Of a stretch of 64,000 nucleotides of DNA, positions 33,491-44,067 are shown one piece after another; positions within the stretch are counted from its first letter, which is position 1; each line of letters starts with the position of its first letter. The stretch spans positions 5,857-69,856 of the forward strand of contig NZ_JBEVLL010000324.1 of the NCBI RefSeq assembly GCF_040509215.1, given 5' to 3'. Origin of the DNA: Devosia sp. GTDB taxonomy: Bacteria > Pseudomonadota > Alphaproteobacteria > Rhizobiales > Devosiaceae. The notes beneath the pieces were generated by a model that saw nothing but the letters and a program-made list of their open reading frames with translations, did not search any database and was not told where the DNA came from. The translations under genes were made by a program, and so were the position numbers.

Positions 33491-35587
33491 TTATTCAGTT
33501 GCTGATGAGACTTCTGGCGAGTTCTTGAGGTGTCGCTCGAAGAAGGCAGCAAGTTTGCCATAGGCGAAACGGGTGAGCGTGCGGCTCTGCTTGGCCCAAG
33601 CGTGGCCTGTTCCTGGCAGCGTGACCAATTCAAAGGTCTTGCCCTGCCCGATCATCTTTTCAACGAGCGCCATCGTGTCGGCATAGAGTACAACCTCGTC
33701 CTTGGTGCCGTGGATGATGGTCAATGCGTCCTCAAGGCCCGCGCTGTGAAACAGCGCCGATTGCGCATGGTAGCGCTCGATATAGTCCTCACCTTCGGTG
33801 AGACCCATGATCCAGCCCTGTTCGGGATAGGCGTGCCAGACATTGGTCGCCGGAGCCCCCGCGAAGCCGGCGGCGTAGAAGCCCGGTTTTTTGAACAAGG
33901 ACATCAGCGTCATCAGGCCACCATAGCTGGAGCCCCAGAGGCCGACGCGCTTGGGATCAGCATAGCCGAGGCCGGTCAGCGTGGTGACGCAGTTGGCGAT
34001 ATCTTCGATATCCTGAGTGCCATAGCTGTTGAGCATGACGCGGTTCCACTCGCGTCCGCGACCGAAGCTGCCGCGAATTTCGGGACTGACGACGACGAAA
34101 CCGCGCGAGGCGAGATACTGGTCGATGCCCCAGCTCGGATGCGCCGCACGGCCGCCCCATTGGTTGAGGAGACCATCGGAATAGACCGACCCAACCACCA
34201 TTGGATGGGTGCCATCGGGTTTGAAATCTGGAGGCAGCATGACACGCGCCATAAGCTCGGCGCCATCGACATGGCTTTTGAATGAGACATAACGCACTTC
34301 GGCCCAGCGCCTTTCAGCAAAGGCGGGCAATGGCGAATGCGTCACCTCTGCCGGCTTGCTCGTACCCCCGATGGGCTGCACCAATAGTTCTGGCGGCGTC
34401 ATGTCGTCGCTGAAGAGATCGGCGAAGGCGCTGAAGTCGGGGGCATAGGTCGGGACGTGAATACCGGCGGGGCCGGTCAGGCGCGTTACGGCGCCACCGG
34501 TCAATGCCACCGAGTATACGTGACGCTCGGCCGGGTGCGCCTCGTTGGCGATGAGGTAGATCTTGCCATTGGAGGCATCGAGGACGAACTCCGCGATCTC
34601 CCAGGACCCCGATGTAATCGGCTCGAGTGCTGCGCCCTGTTCGGGCAGACGATGGAGATGATTGTAGCCGTCGCGATCGGTCAGGACGATCAGGCCCTTG
34701 TCGTCGGGCGCGAAGGATACCTGCCAGTCGGGCCGGATTTTTACAGGGTCATTTGCCGCATAAAAGACATTGCGGACGCCGCTGCGGGTGTCGAACATGA
34801 AGATGGTGTGGTTCTTTATCGACAGGTCGCTGCTGCTGATGAAGAGCGACTTGCCATCCTTGGAGAGGCCATAGCCCCAGATTGCATCTTCGGCGTCGGG
34901 GCGATCGAACCAGGTGACTTCGCCACCCTCGGGCTTGACGAGGCCGACGCGCCGGCGCGTGAGCAGGTCGCCGGGGAAAGAACGCACGAAGCGGTCCTTG
35001 CGCGCCTCGCCGCGGGAGTCGTAGGCAATCTCGATTTTGCGGGTATTGGTATCATCGGCTTCGACGAAGACGAGATTTCCATTGGGTGAGCACTGGAAGG
35101 ATTCGACGCCGACGAAGGTGGACCCCGCCACCAAGGTCTTGGGTTGGGCCGCGACGTCCGCAGCGACGATCATGAGTGCGTTGCCCGACAGAAAAGCCAA
35201 CGCAGTGCCCTCCGAAGCTGCCGCAATGGAGCTGACACCCTGCGTGCCGATGGCGAGCGGTTGGACCGTGCCATCGCCGAGGGCGAGATAAAGCTGCCCC
35301 TGGAGAACGAACGCCACGCGACCTTCGCTTAGCCAGGCCAGTTCCGAAATCCCGACGGGCTCGCCACTGGTGCGACCGGTACCGAGTTGAGTGAGGCGCC
35401 GCCGGGTTTTCGTTTCGCGTTCCCAGATCCAGATATCGCGAAAAGTATGGCCGGCGTCATTCCAGAGAAAGGCCAGGCTTCTGCCATCTGCCGACCACGA
35501 CGCAGCGGTCGGCAGCGTGCCGATAATGCTGGGCTCGCTATAGAGCGTTTCGAAGGTCAACGGCTTGGCAGAAGGCTCGATGGTCAT
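33491..35587 (-). CDS. S9 family serine peptidase (prolyl oligopeptidase / DPP-IV-like, beta-propeller + alpha/beta hydrolase)
   Basis: Nucleophile motif GLWGSSYGGLM. C-terminal hydrolase domain with IIHGTKDEVV and GTGHAW. Confidence 0.9.
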   Translation of the reverse strand: MTIEPSAKPLTFETLYSEPSIIGTLPTAASWSADGRSLAFLWNDAGHTFRDIWIWERETKTRRRLTQLGTGRTSGEPVGISELAWLSEGRVAFVLQGQLYLALGDGTVQPLAIGTQGVSSIAAASEGTALAFLSGNALMIVAADVAAQPKTLVAGSTFVGVESFQCSPNGNLVFVEADDTNTRKIEIAYDSRGEARKDRFVRSFPGDLLTRRRVGLVKPEGGEVTWFDRPDAEDAIWGYGLSKDGKSLFISSSDLSIKNHTIFMFDTRSGVRNVFYAANDPVKIRPDWQVSFAPDDKGLIVLTDRDGYNHLHRLPEQGAALEPITSGSWEIAEFVLDASNGKIYLIANEAHPAERHVYSVALTGGAVTRLTGPAGIHVPTYAPDFSAFADLFSDDMTPPELLVQPIGGTSKPAEVTHSPLPAFAERRWAEVRYVSFKSHVDGAELMARVMLPPDFKPDGTHPMVVGSVYSDGLLNQWGGRAAHPSWGIDQYLASRGFVVVSPEIRGSFGRGREWNRVMLNSYGTQDIEDIANCVTTLTGLGYADPKRVGLWGSSYGGLMTLMSLFKKPGFYAAGFAGAPATNVWHAYPEQGWIMGLTEGEDYIERYHAQSALFHSAGLEDALTIIHGTKDEVVLYADTMALVEKMIGQGKTFELVTLPGTGHAWAKQSRTLTRFAYGKLAAFFERHLKNSPEVSSATE

Positions 35588-35620
35588 GGCATTTCTCGAG
35601 GAATTGGACGGAGTGGAAGC

Positions 35621-36871
35621 TCAGGCCGACTTGGGGCTGAGATCGGTCTTGTAGATTTCGCCGTCCTTCATGATCAGGCGCAGGTTCTTTTCTGGCTCGG
35701 TGAGCACCGAGATATCCTTGAGCGGGTTGCCGTCGACAATGAGAATATCGGCAATGGCGCCCGCTGCGATGACGCCAAGGTCACCGGAGCGCTGTACGAT
35801 CTCGGCATTGATGGAGGTTGCCGACCTGAGCACGTCCACCGGCCGCTGCACGCGGGCACGGATGGTCAGCTCCTGCAACTGGGCGAATTCCATGTCGCCC
35901 ATGAGATCGGTTCCGAAGCCGAGCTTTACGCCGGCATCTTCACAAAGGCCCAGCATGACGATGCCGGCATCGTTGACCATGTTGAGCTTCTGCATGACGT
36001 AGGGCGAGAGGCCCAGACGTTCGCCATGCTGGGCGGTGACTTCGTAGGCGACCAGGGTCGGCACGACGAAGGCGTCGGCAGCAGCGACCATGGCAGCGGT
36101 TTCGGCATTGATCAGGTTGCCGTGCTCGATGGTGCGCACGCCGGCGCGGATCGAGTGGGCGATGGCGGCGCTTTCATAGGCGTGGGCGCAGACATATTTG
36201 CCGCGCACGGCTGCCTCCCGCACAACGGTGCGGATTTCCTCTTCGCTGTACTGCGGAACGTCGATGGCGTCGTTGGGCGACCCCACGCCGCCAGAGGCGA
36301 GCACCTTGATATGGTCCGCGCCCTTGCGCAGCTCGTTGCGAACGACGCTGCGGAGGTTTTCGGTACCCTCGACAATGCGGCAGGTGAAATAGAAGGCGCT
36401 CGAATTGAGGTCGATATCGAGGCTTTCGTCTGTCGTGCTGCGGTGGTCGCCGTGCCCGCCGATCTGGCTCAGTGCGGGACCGCCGACGAAAAGCCGCGGA
36501 CCCGGGATATAACCCTGGGCAATGGCGTTGCGGATGCCGACATCGCCGCCAGCAACGTCGCGCACGCTGGTGAAGCCGCGATCGAGCATCTTGCGAATGC
36601 GCGGAACGGCGCGGGCCGTCATTTCGGTCAGCGGAATATTGCGGTCGTGCTCGGCAACAAGGTTGATGGCAAACACATGAGCATGGGCATCGATGAGACC
36701 CGGCATCAAAGTGCGTCCGCCGACATCATACTCGGTGACACCCTTGCCCGAAATCGACTGGTCGGTGACGGCCTCGATACGACCATCGACGACCAGAACG
36801 TTCATGCCCGGAATGGCCTCGTCGCTGCGCCCGTCAAAGAGCGTAGCATTGGTGAAAGCGATGGCTGCCAT
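35621..36871 (-). CDS. Amidohydrolase family metal-dependent hydrolase
   Basis: Starts MAAIAFTNATLFDG, followed by LMPGLIDAHAHV (HxH metal site). RBS GGAGGA. The track ORF is over-extended to 36991. Confidence 0.85.
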   Translation of the reverse strand: MAAIAFTNATLFDGRSDEAIPGMNVLVVDGRIEAVTDQSISGKGVTEYDVGGRTLMPGLIDAHAHVFAINLVAEHDRNIPLTEMTARAVPRIRKMLDRGFTSVRDVAGGDVGIRNAIAQGYIPGPRLFVGGPALSQIGGHGDHRSTTDESLDIDLNSSAFYFTCRIVEGTENLRSVVRNELRKGADHIKVLASGGVGSPNDAIDVPQYSEEEIRTVVREAAVRGKYVCAHAYESAAIAHSIRAGVRTIEHGNLINAETAAMVAAADAFVVPTLVAYEVTAQHGERLGLSPYVMQKLNMVNDAGIVMLGLCEDAGVKLGFGTDLMGDMEFAQLQELTIRARVQRPVDVLRSATSINAEIVQRSGDLGVIAAGAIADILIVDGNPLKDISVLTEPEKNLRLIMKDGEIYKTDLSPKSA

Positions 36872-37179
36872 GTATTTTTCCTCCGGCCGAGCACGTGCAT
36901 ACCGGCTGCGACCAGCCAGTGTTCGGGCGCTAATGTGTCGGCATCGACGATGGCTGTAAAGCCGTTTGATCAAAAAATCACAAGTCTGCAATTCTGAGGT
37001 TCTACCGGCACTTCTCCGACTGTTTTCACATTTGGGGTCGTTGACATCGTCCCAAACCGCCTTCTAGTATCCCGGCGTTTGATCAAATGCTCAGACAGCG
37101 ATTTTCGGGCTTTAGGGGAAGCATTGCCGGGGAATCGTCGAGGGTGATGGGAACTGCCGCATTGGCAGAAAGGGAAAAA

Positions 37180-38919
37180 ATGACACATCGGACATCTGCC
37201 AGGATGGCCTTGGCCGGGCTGACGCTCGCCTTGATGAGTTCTGCAGGCGCTTTTGCGCAGGAGGCCCAAACCGGTGGCACGCTGCGTGTCCTGGGCACGG
37301 CCGAAGTCGACCGGTTCGACACGGTGCCGCCTGCGACCGCCGACACCGGCAGCTTCTTTCGCGCTACAACGCGGCAGCTGATCAATTTCGCCGCTTCTAC
37401 CGACACTGATGAGCAGATCGCGCCGCAGGCCGATCTGGCCGACAGCGTTCCCGTGCCCACCGACGAAGGCCTGACCTATACGTTCAAGCTACGCCAGGGC
37501 GCCAATTGGGATGCTCCGGATGGCCCGCGCCAGATCGTTGCGGGCGATGTTGAGCGCGGCTTCATGCGCCTCTGCAATCCCTTCATTCCCGCACCGGCCG
37601 TATCCTACTTTGAAGACCTGATCGTCGGCTTTGCCGATTTCTGCGCCGGTTTTGCGGGCGTGGAACCGACGGCCGAAGCCATGAAGGCCTATATCGAGGC
37701 TGGCGACGTTGCCGGCATCGAGACGCCATCGGACAATACTGTCGTTTTCCGTCTCAAGTACGCGGCCAATGACTTTATCTATCTGCTGACACTGCCGGTC
37801 ACGACGCCCGCTCCGGTGGAAGTGCTCGACTACCTGCCCGACAGCCCGGAATATCGTGAGAACTATATTTCGAACGGCCCCTACACGATCGAAGCCTATG
37901 TGCCGGACACACAGGTCACCCTGACCCGCAACCCCGCATGGCAGGCCGAGAGCGATCCGTTGCGCAAGGCCTATGTCGACAAGATCGAAGTGATTGCCGG
38001 CGTGCAGCCTGATGCCGCGATGCAGCAGTTGCAGTCCGGCGACGGCGATATGCTCTATGACATCAACGTCCCGCCGGTCACGGTGCAGATGCTGACCATG
38101 CAGGGCGACGACAAGATCTCGACGCTGGCCGAGGGTGCCTCGCGCATGATCTGGATCAACACCGTTTCGGAAAACAATGACGGGGCCCTTCGCAATCCGC
38201 GGGTGCGCCAGGCCCTGAACTATGCCGTCAACAAAGCCGCTATCGTGCAGCAGCTTGGTGGGCCGGAATTCGCGACCCCGCTCAACGGGATCTTCCCGCT
38301 CGGCATTCTGGGTCACCACGACTTCGCGCCCTACCCGACCCCCGATAGCCAGGGCGATGTGGCAAAGGCCCGCGAACTTCTGGCTGAAGCCGGTTATCCC
38401 GATGGGCTGTCGCTGAAGATGCCGTTCCGCAATGCCGGCAACGGCGCTGCCGAAGCTCAGGTGCTGCAGGCCAGCCTTGAAGAAGCCGGTTTCAAGATCG
38501 AGCTGGTGCCGACGCCGCCATCCGACTTCTACCCGCGCCTGATCACCAATTTCGACAATGCGTTGAATGGTGTCTGGGACCTGGTTCCCTCAGGCTGGTC
38601 GCCGGATTGGCCGGGCGGCGCTGCCCGTTCGATCTTCCAGCCACAATACACCTATGACGGCACCCACGGGACGTTCAACTTCTCGGACTATAACAATGAG
38701 GCGGCTAACGAAGTCGGCGCGAAGGCACTGGCAACGTCTGACCTAGCCGAGGCAGCAAAGCTCTGGAACGAGGTCGACGAAATCGTCATGGCCGATCCTC
38801 CGACCGTGCCGCTGATCTCCCAGACCACCGTTCTCTATCACGGTGCCGGCGTCCAGAACTTCCTGCCCTATGCAGCAGGCGGCAATGGCGACTGGACCAA
38901 TGTCTGGCTGAGCCGCTAG
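37180..38919 (+). CDS. ABC peptide/opine-type substrate-binding protein (family 5)
   Basis: Signal peptide MTHRTSARMALAGLTLALMSSAGAFAQ. Length and sequence are typical of SBP_bac_5 proteins. Confidence 0.9.
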   Translation: MTHRTSARMALAGLTLALMSSAGAFAQEAQTGGTLRVLGTAEVDRFDTVPPATADTGSFFRATTRQLINFAASTDTDEQIAPQADLADSVPVPTDEGLTYTFKLRQGANWDAPDGPRQIVAGDVERGFMRLCNPFIPAPAVSYFEDLIVGFADFCAGFAGVEPTAEAMKAYIEAGDVAGIETPSDNTVVFRLKYAANDFIYLLTLPVTTPAPVEVLDYLPDSPEYRENYISNGPYTIEAYVPDTQVTLTRNPAWQAESDPLRKAYVDKIEVIAGVQPDAAMQQLQSGDGDMLYDINVPPVTVQMLTMQGDDKISTLAEGASRMIWINTVSENNDGALRNPRVRQALNYAVNKAAIVQQLGGPEFATPLNGIFPLGILGHHDFAPYPTPDSQGDVAKARELLAEAGYPDGLSLKMPFRNAGNGAAEAQVLQASLEEAGFKIELVPTPPSDFYPRLITNFDNALNGVWDLVPSGWSPDWPGGAARSIFQPQYTYDGTHGTFNFSDYNNEAANEVGAKALATSDLAEAAKLWNEVDEIVMADPPTVPLISQTTVLYHGAGVQNFLPYAAGGNGDWTNVWLSR

Positions 38920-39003
38920 TCGCGACCAGCACGCAAGTCACATGGAGGCCGGCATCCAGATTGCCGGCCTCCTGAATTCGGCTCCTTGGCGACCCATCCA
39001 CTT

Positions 39004-40851
39004 ATGACCGTTCTTTCCGTTCGCAACCTGAACATCGACATCCCGACCGGGGATGGGCATGTGCACGCCGCCCGCGACGTTTCGTTCGATGTGGAGGCCG
39101 GGGAACTCTTCGGCATTGCCGGGGAATCGGGATCGGGCAAGAGCGTGTTGTCCCAGGCCATCATGGGGTTGCTGCCGGGCGCCATCGTCTCGGGCGAAAT
39201 CCTCTTCGAAGGTCGCAACCTGCTGACGCTTTCCGCCAGGGAACTGCAACGATTGCGCGGCAATCGCATCGCCATGATCTCGCAGGATCCGCTCTCGAGC
39301 CTGCACCCATTCTACACGATCGGCGCCCAGATCACCGAGGCCATCCATACGCACCGCAAGGTCGGCAAGGCCGAGGCGCTGAAGGAAGCGATCGAAATTC
39401 TCGGACGCGTCGGCATTCACGACCCCGAAAAACGCGTCCACGATTACCCACACCAATTCTCGGGCGGCATGCGCCAGCGCGTCATGATCGCGATGGCCAT
39501 CGTGCTTCGCCCGGCCCTGCTGATCGCCGACGAACCGACTACCGCGCTCGACGTGACGGTGCAGGCCCAGATCATCAATCTGCTCAATGAGATGCGGCTT
39601 GAACTGGGCACGGCCATCATCATGGTCACGCACGATCTCGAACTGCTCTCATCCATCGCCGATCACGCCATGGTCATGTATGCCGGCAATCGCATGGAAA
39701 TGGGGCCCGGAGAGGCGGTGCTCACGACCCCCGCCCACCCTTATACTTTGGGGCTGCTGCGTTCCTCGCCCAGCCATGAAACCCGCGGCGCCCTACCCTC
39801 CATTCCCGGCCAGCCGCCCAGCCTGCTGATCGAGCAGAAGGCCTGCGCCTTCGCGCCGCGCTGCGCGGCTGTCATGGACATCTGCCGCAAGGAACGCCCG
39901 CCGCTGCGTGATTTTGTCGATGGCACGCGCTCGCTTTGCTGGCTCGAGGAGAAGGCGGCGAACACCGCCGCTGCCCTGCCTGCCGCGCCGGAGGAGCCAA
40001 AGGCCGTCGAGCAGAACTCTGACATTGTCGTCAGCGTCTCCGACGTTCGCCTGACCTATGGCGGCCGATCGCTGTTCGGCAAGACCGTCAATCTCGAAGT
40101 TCTCAAGGGCGTCAGCCTGGAATTGCCCCGCGGCAAGACGCTGGGCATCGTGGGAGAGAGCGGCTGCGGCAAGTCGACCCTGGCGCGCATCATCGCAGGC
40201 CTCCTGCCGCCCACATCGGGCGACGTCACCATCGAAGGCCAAAGCGTTATTGGCCTTGATCGACGCGACTGGATCGAGATGCGCAAGCGGGTGCAGATGG
40301 TGTTCCAGGACCCGTTCGGGTCGCTCAATCCGCGGCGCCGCGTCGGATCGATCATCGGCGATCCCTTCCGCATCCAGAACGTTGCTCACGGCGCCGAGCG
40401 CAAGAACAAGGTGCGCGACCTCATGGAGATCGTCGGGCTCAATCCCGAGCACTACAATCGCTTCCCCTCGGAATTTTCCGGCGGCCAGCGGCAGCGCATC
40501 GGCATTGCCCGCGCCCTCGCGCTCAATCCCTCCATCATCATTTTCGACGAACCGGTCTCAGCCCTCGACGTGTCCATCCAGGCGCAAATTCTCAACCTGA
40601 TCGGCCGGCTGCAACGCGAGCTAGGGCTGTCCTATCTGTTCATTTCCCACGATCTGGCCGTCGTCAGGCACGTCAGCTCCGAGATCATCGTGATGAAAGC
40701 CGGCCAGGTGGTCGAGCGCGGGGACACCGAGACCCTCTACCACCAGCCGCAACACCCCTATACGCGCGAACTGCTGGCCGCAGCCGATCCCAATTACCGA
40801 AAGAGTGGCGGAGGGTTCGCAACACCCGCCTCGCCGGGAGCAGCATCATGA
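39004..40851 (+). CDS. Fused double ABC ATP-binding protein (DppD/DppF-like)
   Basis: Two Walker A sites (GESGSGKS; GESGCGKST) and two signatures (FSGGMRQR; FSGGQRQR). Confidence 0.9.
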   Translation: MTVLSVRNLNIDIPTGDGHVHAARDVSFDVEAGELFGIAGESGSGKSVLSQAIMGLLPGAIVSGEILFEGRNLLTLSARELQRLRGNRIAMISQDPLSSLHPFYTIGAQITEAIHTHRKVGKAEALKEAIEILGRVGIHDPEKRVHDYPHQFSGGMRQRVMIAMAIVLRPALLIADEPTTALDVTVQAQIINLLNEMRLELGTAIIMVTHDLELLSSIADHAMVMYAGNRMEMGPGEAVLTTPAHPYTLGLLRSSPSHETRGALPSIPGQPPSLLIEQKACAFAPRCAAVMDICRKERPPLRDFVDGTRSLCWLEEKAANTAAALPAAPEEPKAVEQNSDIVVSVSDVRLTYGGRSLFGKTVNLEVLKGVSLELPRGKTLGIVGESGCGKSTLARIIAGLLPPTSGDVTIEGQSVIGLDRRDWIEMRKRVQMVFQDPFGSLNPRRRVGSIIGDPFRIQNVAHGAERKNKVRDLMEIVGLNPEHYNRFPSEFSGGQRQRIGIARALALNPSIIIFDEPVSALDVSIQAQILNLIGRLQRELGLSYLFISHDLAVVRHVSSEIIVMKAGQVVERGDTETLYHQPQHPYTRELLAAADPNYRKSGGGFATPASPGAAS

Positions 40852-41786
40852 GCTCCGAAATCAAGCAGCGCAGTTCGCTGGAACTGACCATGCGCCGGCT
40901 CCTGTCGGATCGTGCCGGGATGGTGTCGATGCTCTTCATCATCGCGCTTGTGGGCGCAGCCGTTGGCGCTGACGGGATCGCGGCGCTGACCGGTCATTCG
41001 GCCACTGCCCAATTCCTCGACACCGGCCTTACCCCCACGGGCCTGCCCGTCCCGCCCAGCGGAGAATTTCTGTTCGGCACCGATCAACTAGGACGTGACG
41101 TGCTTGTCCGGCTCGCCCATGGCGCGCGTATCTCGCTGGCCATAGGTGTCGTTGCCTCGCTCCTGGCCGCCATCATCGGCGTGACCGTCGGACTGGTGGC
41201 AGGCTACTTCGGCGGCTGGGTCGATGTGGTGCTGGGGCGCCTCATGGATCTGGTCATGAGCATCCCCGTGCTGCTCTGCATGCTCTCGCTGGTGGCCGTG
41301 TTTGGGCCGAGCGTCGCCCTGAGCCTCACCGTCATCGTGTTCTTTTCCTGGACCACGATGGGCCGCGTCATCCGCGGACAGGTCTTGTCCCTCAAAGAGC
41401 GCGAATTCGTGCTCGCATCACGTTCGATGGGCGCGGGGCATCTGTCGATCATGTTCACCGATATCCTGCCCAATCTCGGCGCGCCGATCATCATCTACAC
41501 CACCATGATGGTGCCCACCTCAATCATCTTCGAAGCAACGCTCTCCTTCCTTGGCCTCGGCATCATCCCCCCGGCACCAAGCTGGGGCGGCATGCTGGCG
41601 GAGGCCGCCAACAACTCCATCTACATGTTCGCCTGGTGGCTGGTGCTTTTCCCCGGCCTGGCGCTGCTCTTCACCACGCTGTCGTTCAACATTCTGGGCG
41701 ATGCCCTGCGCGACGCGCTCGACCCCGCCAGCATGCGGCACAAGGTTCAGAAGAAGAAAAAGAAGTCCGTGGGGACCGCGTCATGA
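40848..41786 (+). CDS. ABC peptide transporter permease (DppC-like)
   Basis: Polytopic BPD_transp_1-type protein. The start overlaps the ATPase stop (ATGA). Confidence 0.9.
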   Translation: MSSEIKQRSSLELTMRRLLSDRAGMVSMLFIIALVGAAVGADGIAALTGHSATAQFLDTGLTPTGLPVPPSGEFLFGTDQLGRDVLVRLAHGARISLAIGVVASLLAAIIGVTVGLVAGYFGGWVDVVLGRLMDLVMSIPVLLCMLSLVAVFGPSVALSLTVIVFFSWTTMGRVIRGQVLSLKEREFVLASRSMGAGHLSIMFTDILPNLGAPIIIYTTMMVPTSIIFEATLSFLGLGIIPPAPSWGGMLAEAANNSIYMFAWWLVLFPGLALLFTTLSFNILGDALRDALDPASMRHKVQKKKKKSVGTAS

Positions 41787-42739
41787 TCTCCTTTATCGCC
41801 AGCCGCGTTGGCTTTGCTGCGCTTGTCCTCGTCATGCTCAGCGGCTTCGTCTTCACCCTCTTCTTCGTCGCGCCGGGCGATCCGGCACGCATCGTCGCCG
41901 GTGAGCGCGCCACCGAAGCCCAAGTTGCCATGGTGCGGGAGAACCTCGGCCTCGACCGCCCGATCATCGAGCAGTATGTCAGTTTCGTCGGCCGCAGCGT
42001 TAGCGGCGACCTCGGCTATTCCTATCGCAACCAGCAGCCCGTGCTGGAGCTGATCAAGAACCGCATGCCGGCGACCATTTCGCTGTGCGTCGGCGCCGTC
42101 GTTCTCTGGCTTCTGATGGGCATTCCCATCGGCATTATGTCAGCGCGGCGGCCCGGAAGCCTCGCCGACCGTATCGGTCAGGGTTTCGTGCTCATCGGCG
42201 TCAGCTTCCCATCCTTCGTGCTGGGCATGGCGGCGCTGTATTTTCTCTACTTCGTGCCGCGCCAGGCAGGATTCACCCTGTTCCCGCCCGGCGGCTATCG
42301 GCCGTTCCTCGACAATCCCGGCCTTTGGGCTTGGCACCTGATGCTCCCCTGGTTCACGCTGGCGCTCACCTCGGCCGCCATCTACGCACGACTGACACGC
42401 GGGCAACTGCTTGAAGTGCTGGGCGAGGACTATATCCGCACGGCGCGGGCCAAGGGCCTCTCCGAGCGCAAGGTCATCTACAAGCACGGCGTGCGGTCGA
42501 TCTTCTCGCCCCTTACGACGCAGTTGGGCGCCGACATTGCCGCTCTTCTCGGCGGCGCGCTTGTCACCGAGCAGGTCTTCGGCCTCCAGGGTATCGGCTC
42601 GCTGGCCGTCCAATCGGTACAGACCCAGGACCGGCCCGTGATCATCGGCGTCGTCATGCTGGCCGGCTTCTTCATCGTCATCGCCAACCTGATCGTGGAT
42701 TTTCTCTACATCCTGCTCGATCCGCGTATTCGGACCTGA
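41783..42739 (+). CDS. ABC peptide transporter permease (DppB-like)
   Basis: Starts MISFIASRVGFAALVLV. The ATG overlaps the upstream stop (ATGA). The track ORF 41636.. is over-extended. Confidence 0.9.
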   Translation: MISFIASRVGFAALVLVMLSGFVFTLFFVAPGDPARIVAGERATEAQVAMVRENLGLDRPIIEQYVSFVGRSVSGDLGYSYRNQQPVLELIKNRMPATISLCVGAVVLWLLMGIPIGIMSARRPGSLADRIGQGFVLIGVSFPSFVLGMAALYFLYFVPRQAGFTLFPPGGYRPFLDNPGLWAWHLMLPWFTLALTSAAIYARLTRGQLLEVLGEDYIRTARAKGLSERKVIYKHGVRSIFSPLTTQLGADIAALLGGALVTEQVFGLQGIGSLAVQSVQTQDRPVIIGVVMLAGFFIVIANLIVDFLYILLDPRIRT

Positions 42740-42741
42740 CC

Positions 42742-44025
42742 ATGACCAGCCAAACCCAGCAAACTCTTTGGACACGCACCGCGCGGCTGCCGGCGGAATC
42801 TGACGCTGTGCTTCCGCAGGCGGTCGACGTCGCCATCATCGGCGGCGGCTTCACCGGTATGACGGCCGCGCGCGAGCTGCTGATCGCCGATCGCTCCGTC
42901 GCGGTATTGGAAGCGGGCCAGATCGGCGCGGGCGCCAGCGGCATGAATGCCGGTTTCGTCGTTCCCAACTTCGCCAAGGCCGACCCTAACGCCGTTCGCT
43001 CAAAACTGGGAACCGAGCGTGGCAATGCGCTGCTCCGGCTGGTCGGCGATGGCGCCAATGCCGTGTTCCGGACTATCGAGGAAGACGGCATCGCCTGCGA
43101 CGCCAGCCAGACAGGCTGGCTCAATCCCGCCTATGGCGCAGCAAGCGCCGAAATGCTCAAGGCGCGTGCCGCCCTTTGGCGCGAGCTTGGGCGACCTGTC
43201 TCGTTTCTCGATGCCGAGCAGGTCCGCGAACAGACCGGCATGGGTATCTATGCCGGTGCGCTGCTCGACGACGAAGGCGGCACGATCCACCCGCTCGACT
43301 ATCTGCGCGGACTTGCGCAGGGCGTCCGGCGCCGGGGTGGCACCGTGCATGAGGGGCAATGCGTCGACAAGGTCACGCGGGACGGAGCGGGCTGGCGCCT
43401 GACCATACGCTCGGGCGCGACGCTCACTGCCGCCAAAATCCTTCTCTGCACCAATGCATTTACCACGGGCGTTGCCTCACCCATGGGGCGCTCGGCCGTT
43501 CCACTGCGGGTCTATCAGATTGCGACAACGCCGGCTGATCCCACCACTGTCAAACGCATTGCCCCCGATGGCCGGCCCGTCGGCGATACGAGGCAAAACC
43601 TCTTCACTTATCGACTCGATCGGGACAATCGCCTGATCAGCGGCGGCATGGCGGCAATTCCGTTTGGCGCCTTTGATCGGCTCGGCCGCACCGTTTCCGA
43701 GCGCCTCAGCGAAGAGCTCCATCTGCCACAGGCGGTGACGCCGGAAGTGGTCTGGACGGGCGTTGCCGCGATGACGCCAGATTTTCTGCCACGGCTCTAC
43801 CAGTTGGGCGAAGGGTGGTTTGGCGGCATCGGCTGCAATGGACGCGGCATCGCCATGACGGCACAACTCGGCCGCGTTCTGGCCCGTGCCGCCCTGGGCG
43901 AGAGCCTCGAGCATCTGCCTATCCCGGTTCGGCCGCTCCGCCCCCTGCCCTTCCACCAATTCACGCCAATCGTCGCTTCGGCAGCCCTCATTCAGGCCCG
44001 CCTAAAGGACAAGCTGGCCCGATGA
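42742..44025 (+). CDS. FAD-dependent oxidoreductase (DAO family)
   Basis: Rossmann motif VDVAIIGGGFTGMTAAREL. Confidence 0.85.
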   Translation: MTSQTQQTLWTRTARLPAESDAVLPQAVDVAIIGGGFTGMTAARELLIADRSVAVLEAGQIGAGASGMNAGFVVPNFAKADPNAVRSKLGTERGNALLRLVGDGANAVFRTIEEDGIACDASQTGWLNPAYGAASAEMLKARAALWRELGRPVSFLDAEQVREQTGMGIYAGALLDDEGGTIHPLDYLRGLAQGVRRRGGTVHEGQCVDKVTRDGAGWRLTIRSGATLTAAKILLCTNAFTTGVASPMGRSAVPLRVYQIATTPADPTTVKRIAPDGRPVGDTRQNLFTYRLDRDNRLISGGMAAIPFGAFDRLGRTVSERLSEELHLPQAVTPEVVWTGVAAMTPDFLPRLYQLGEGWFGGIGCNGRGIAMTAQLGRVLARAALGESLEHLPIPVRPLRPLPFHQFTPIVASAALIQARLKDKLAR

Positions 44026-44067
44026 CCGAACAGCATACCGGCCACGCATGCCGTCAGGATTTATAGT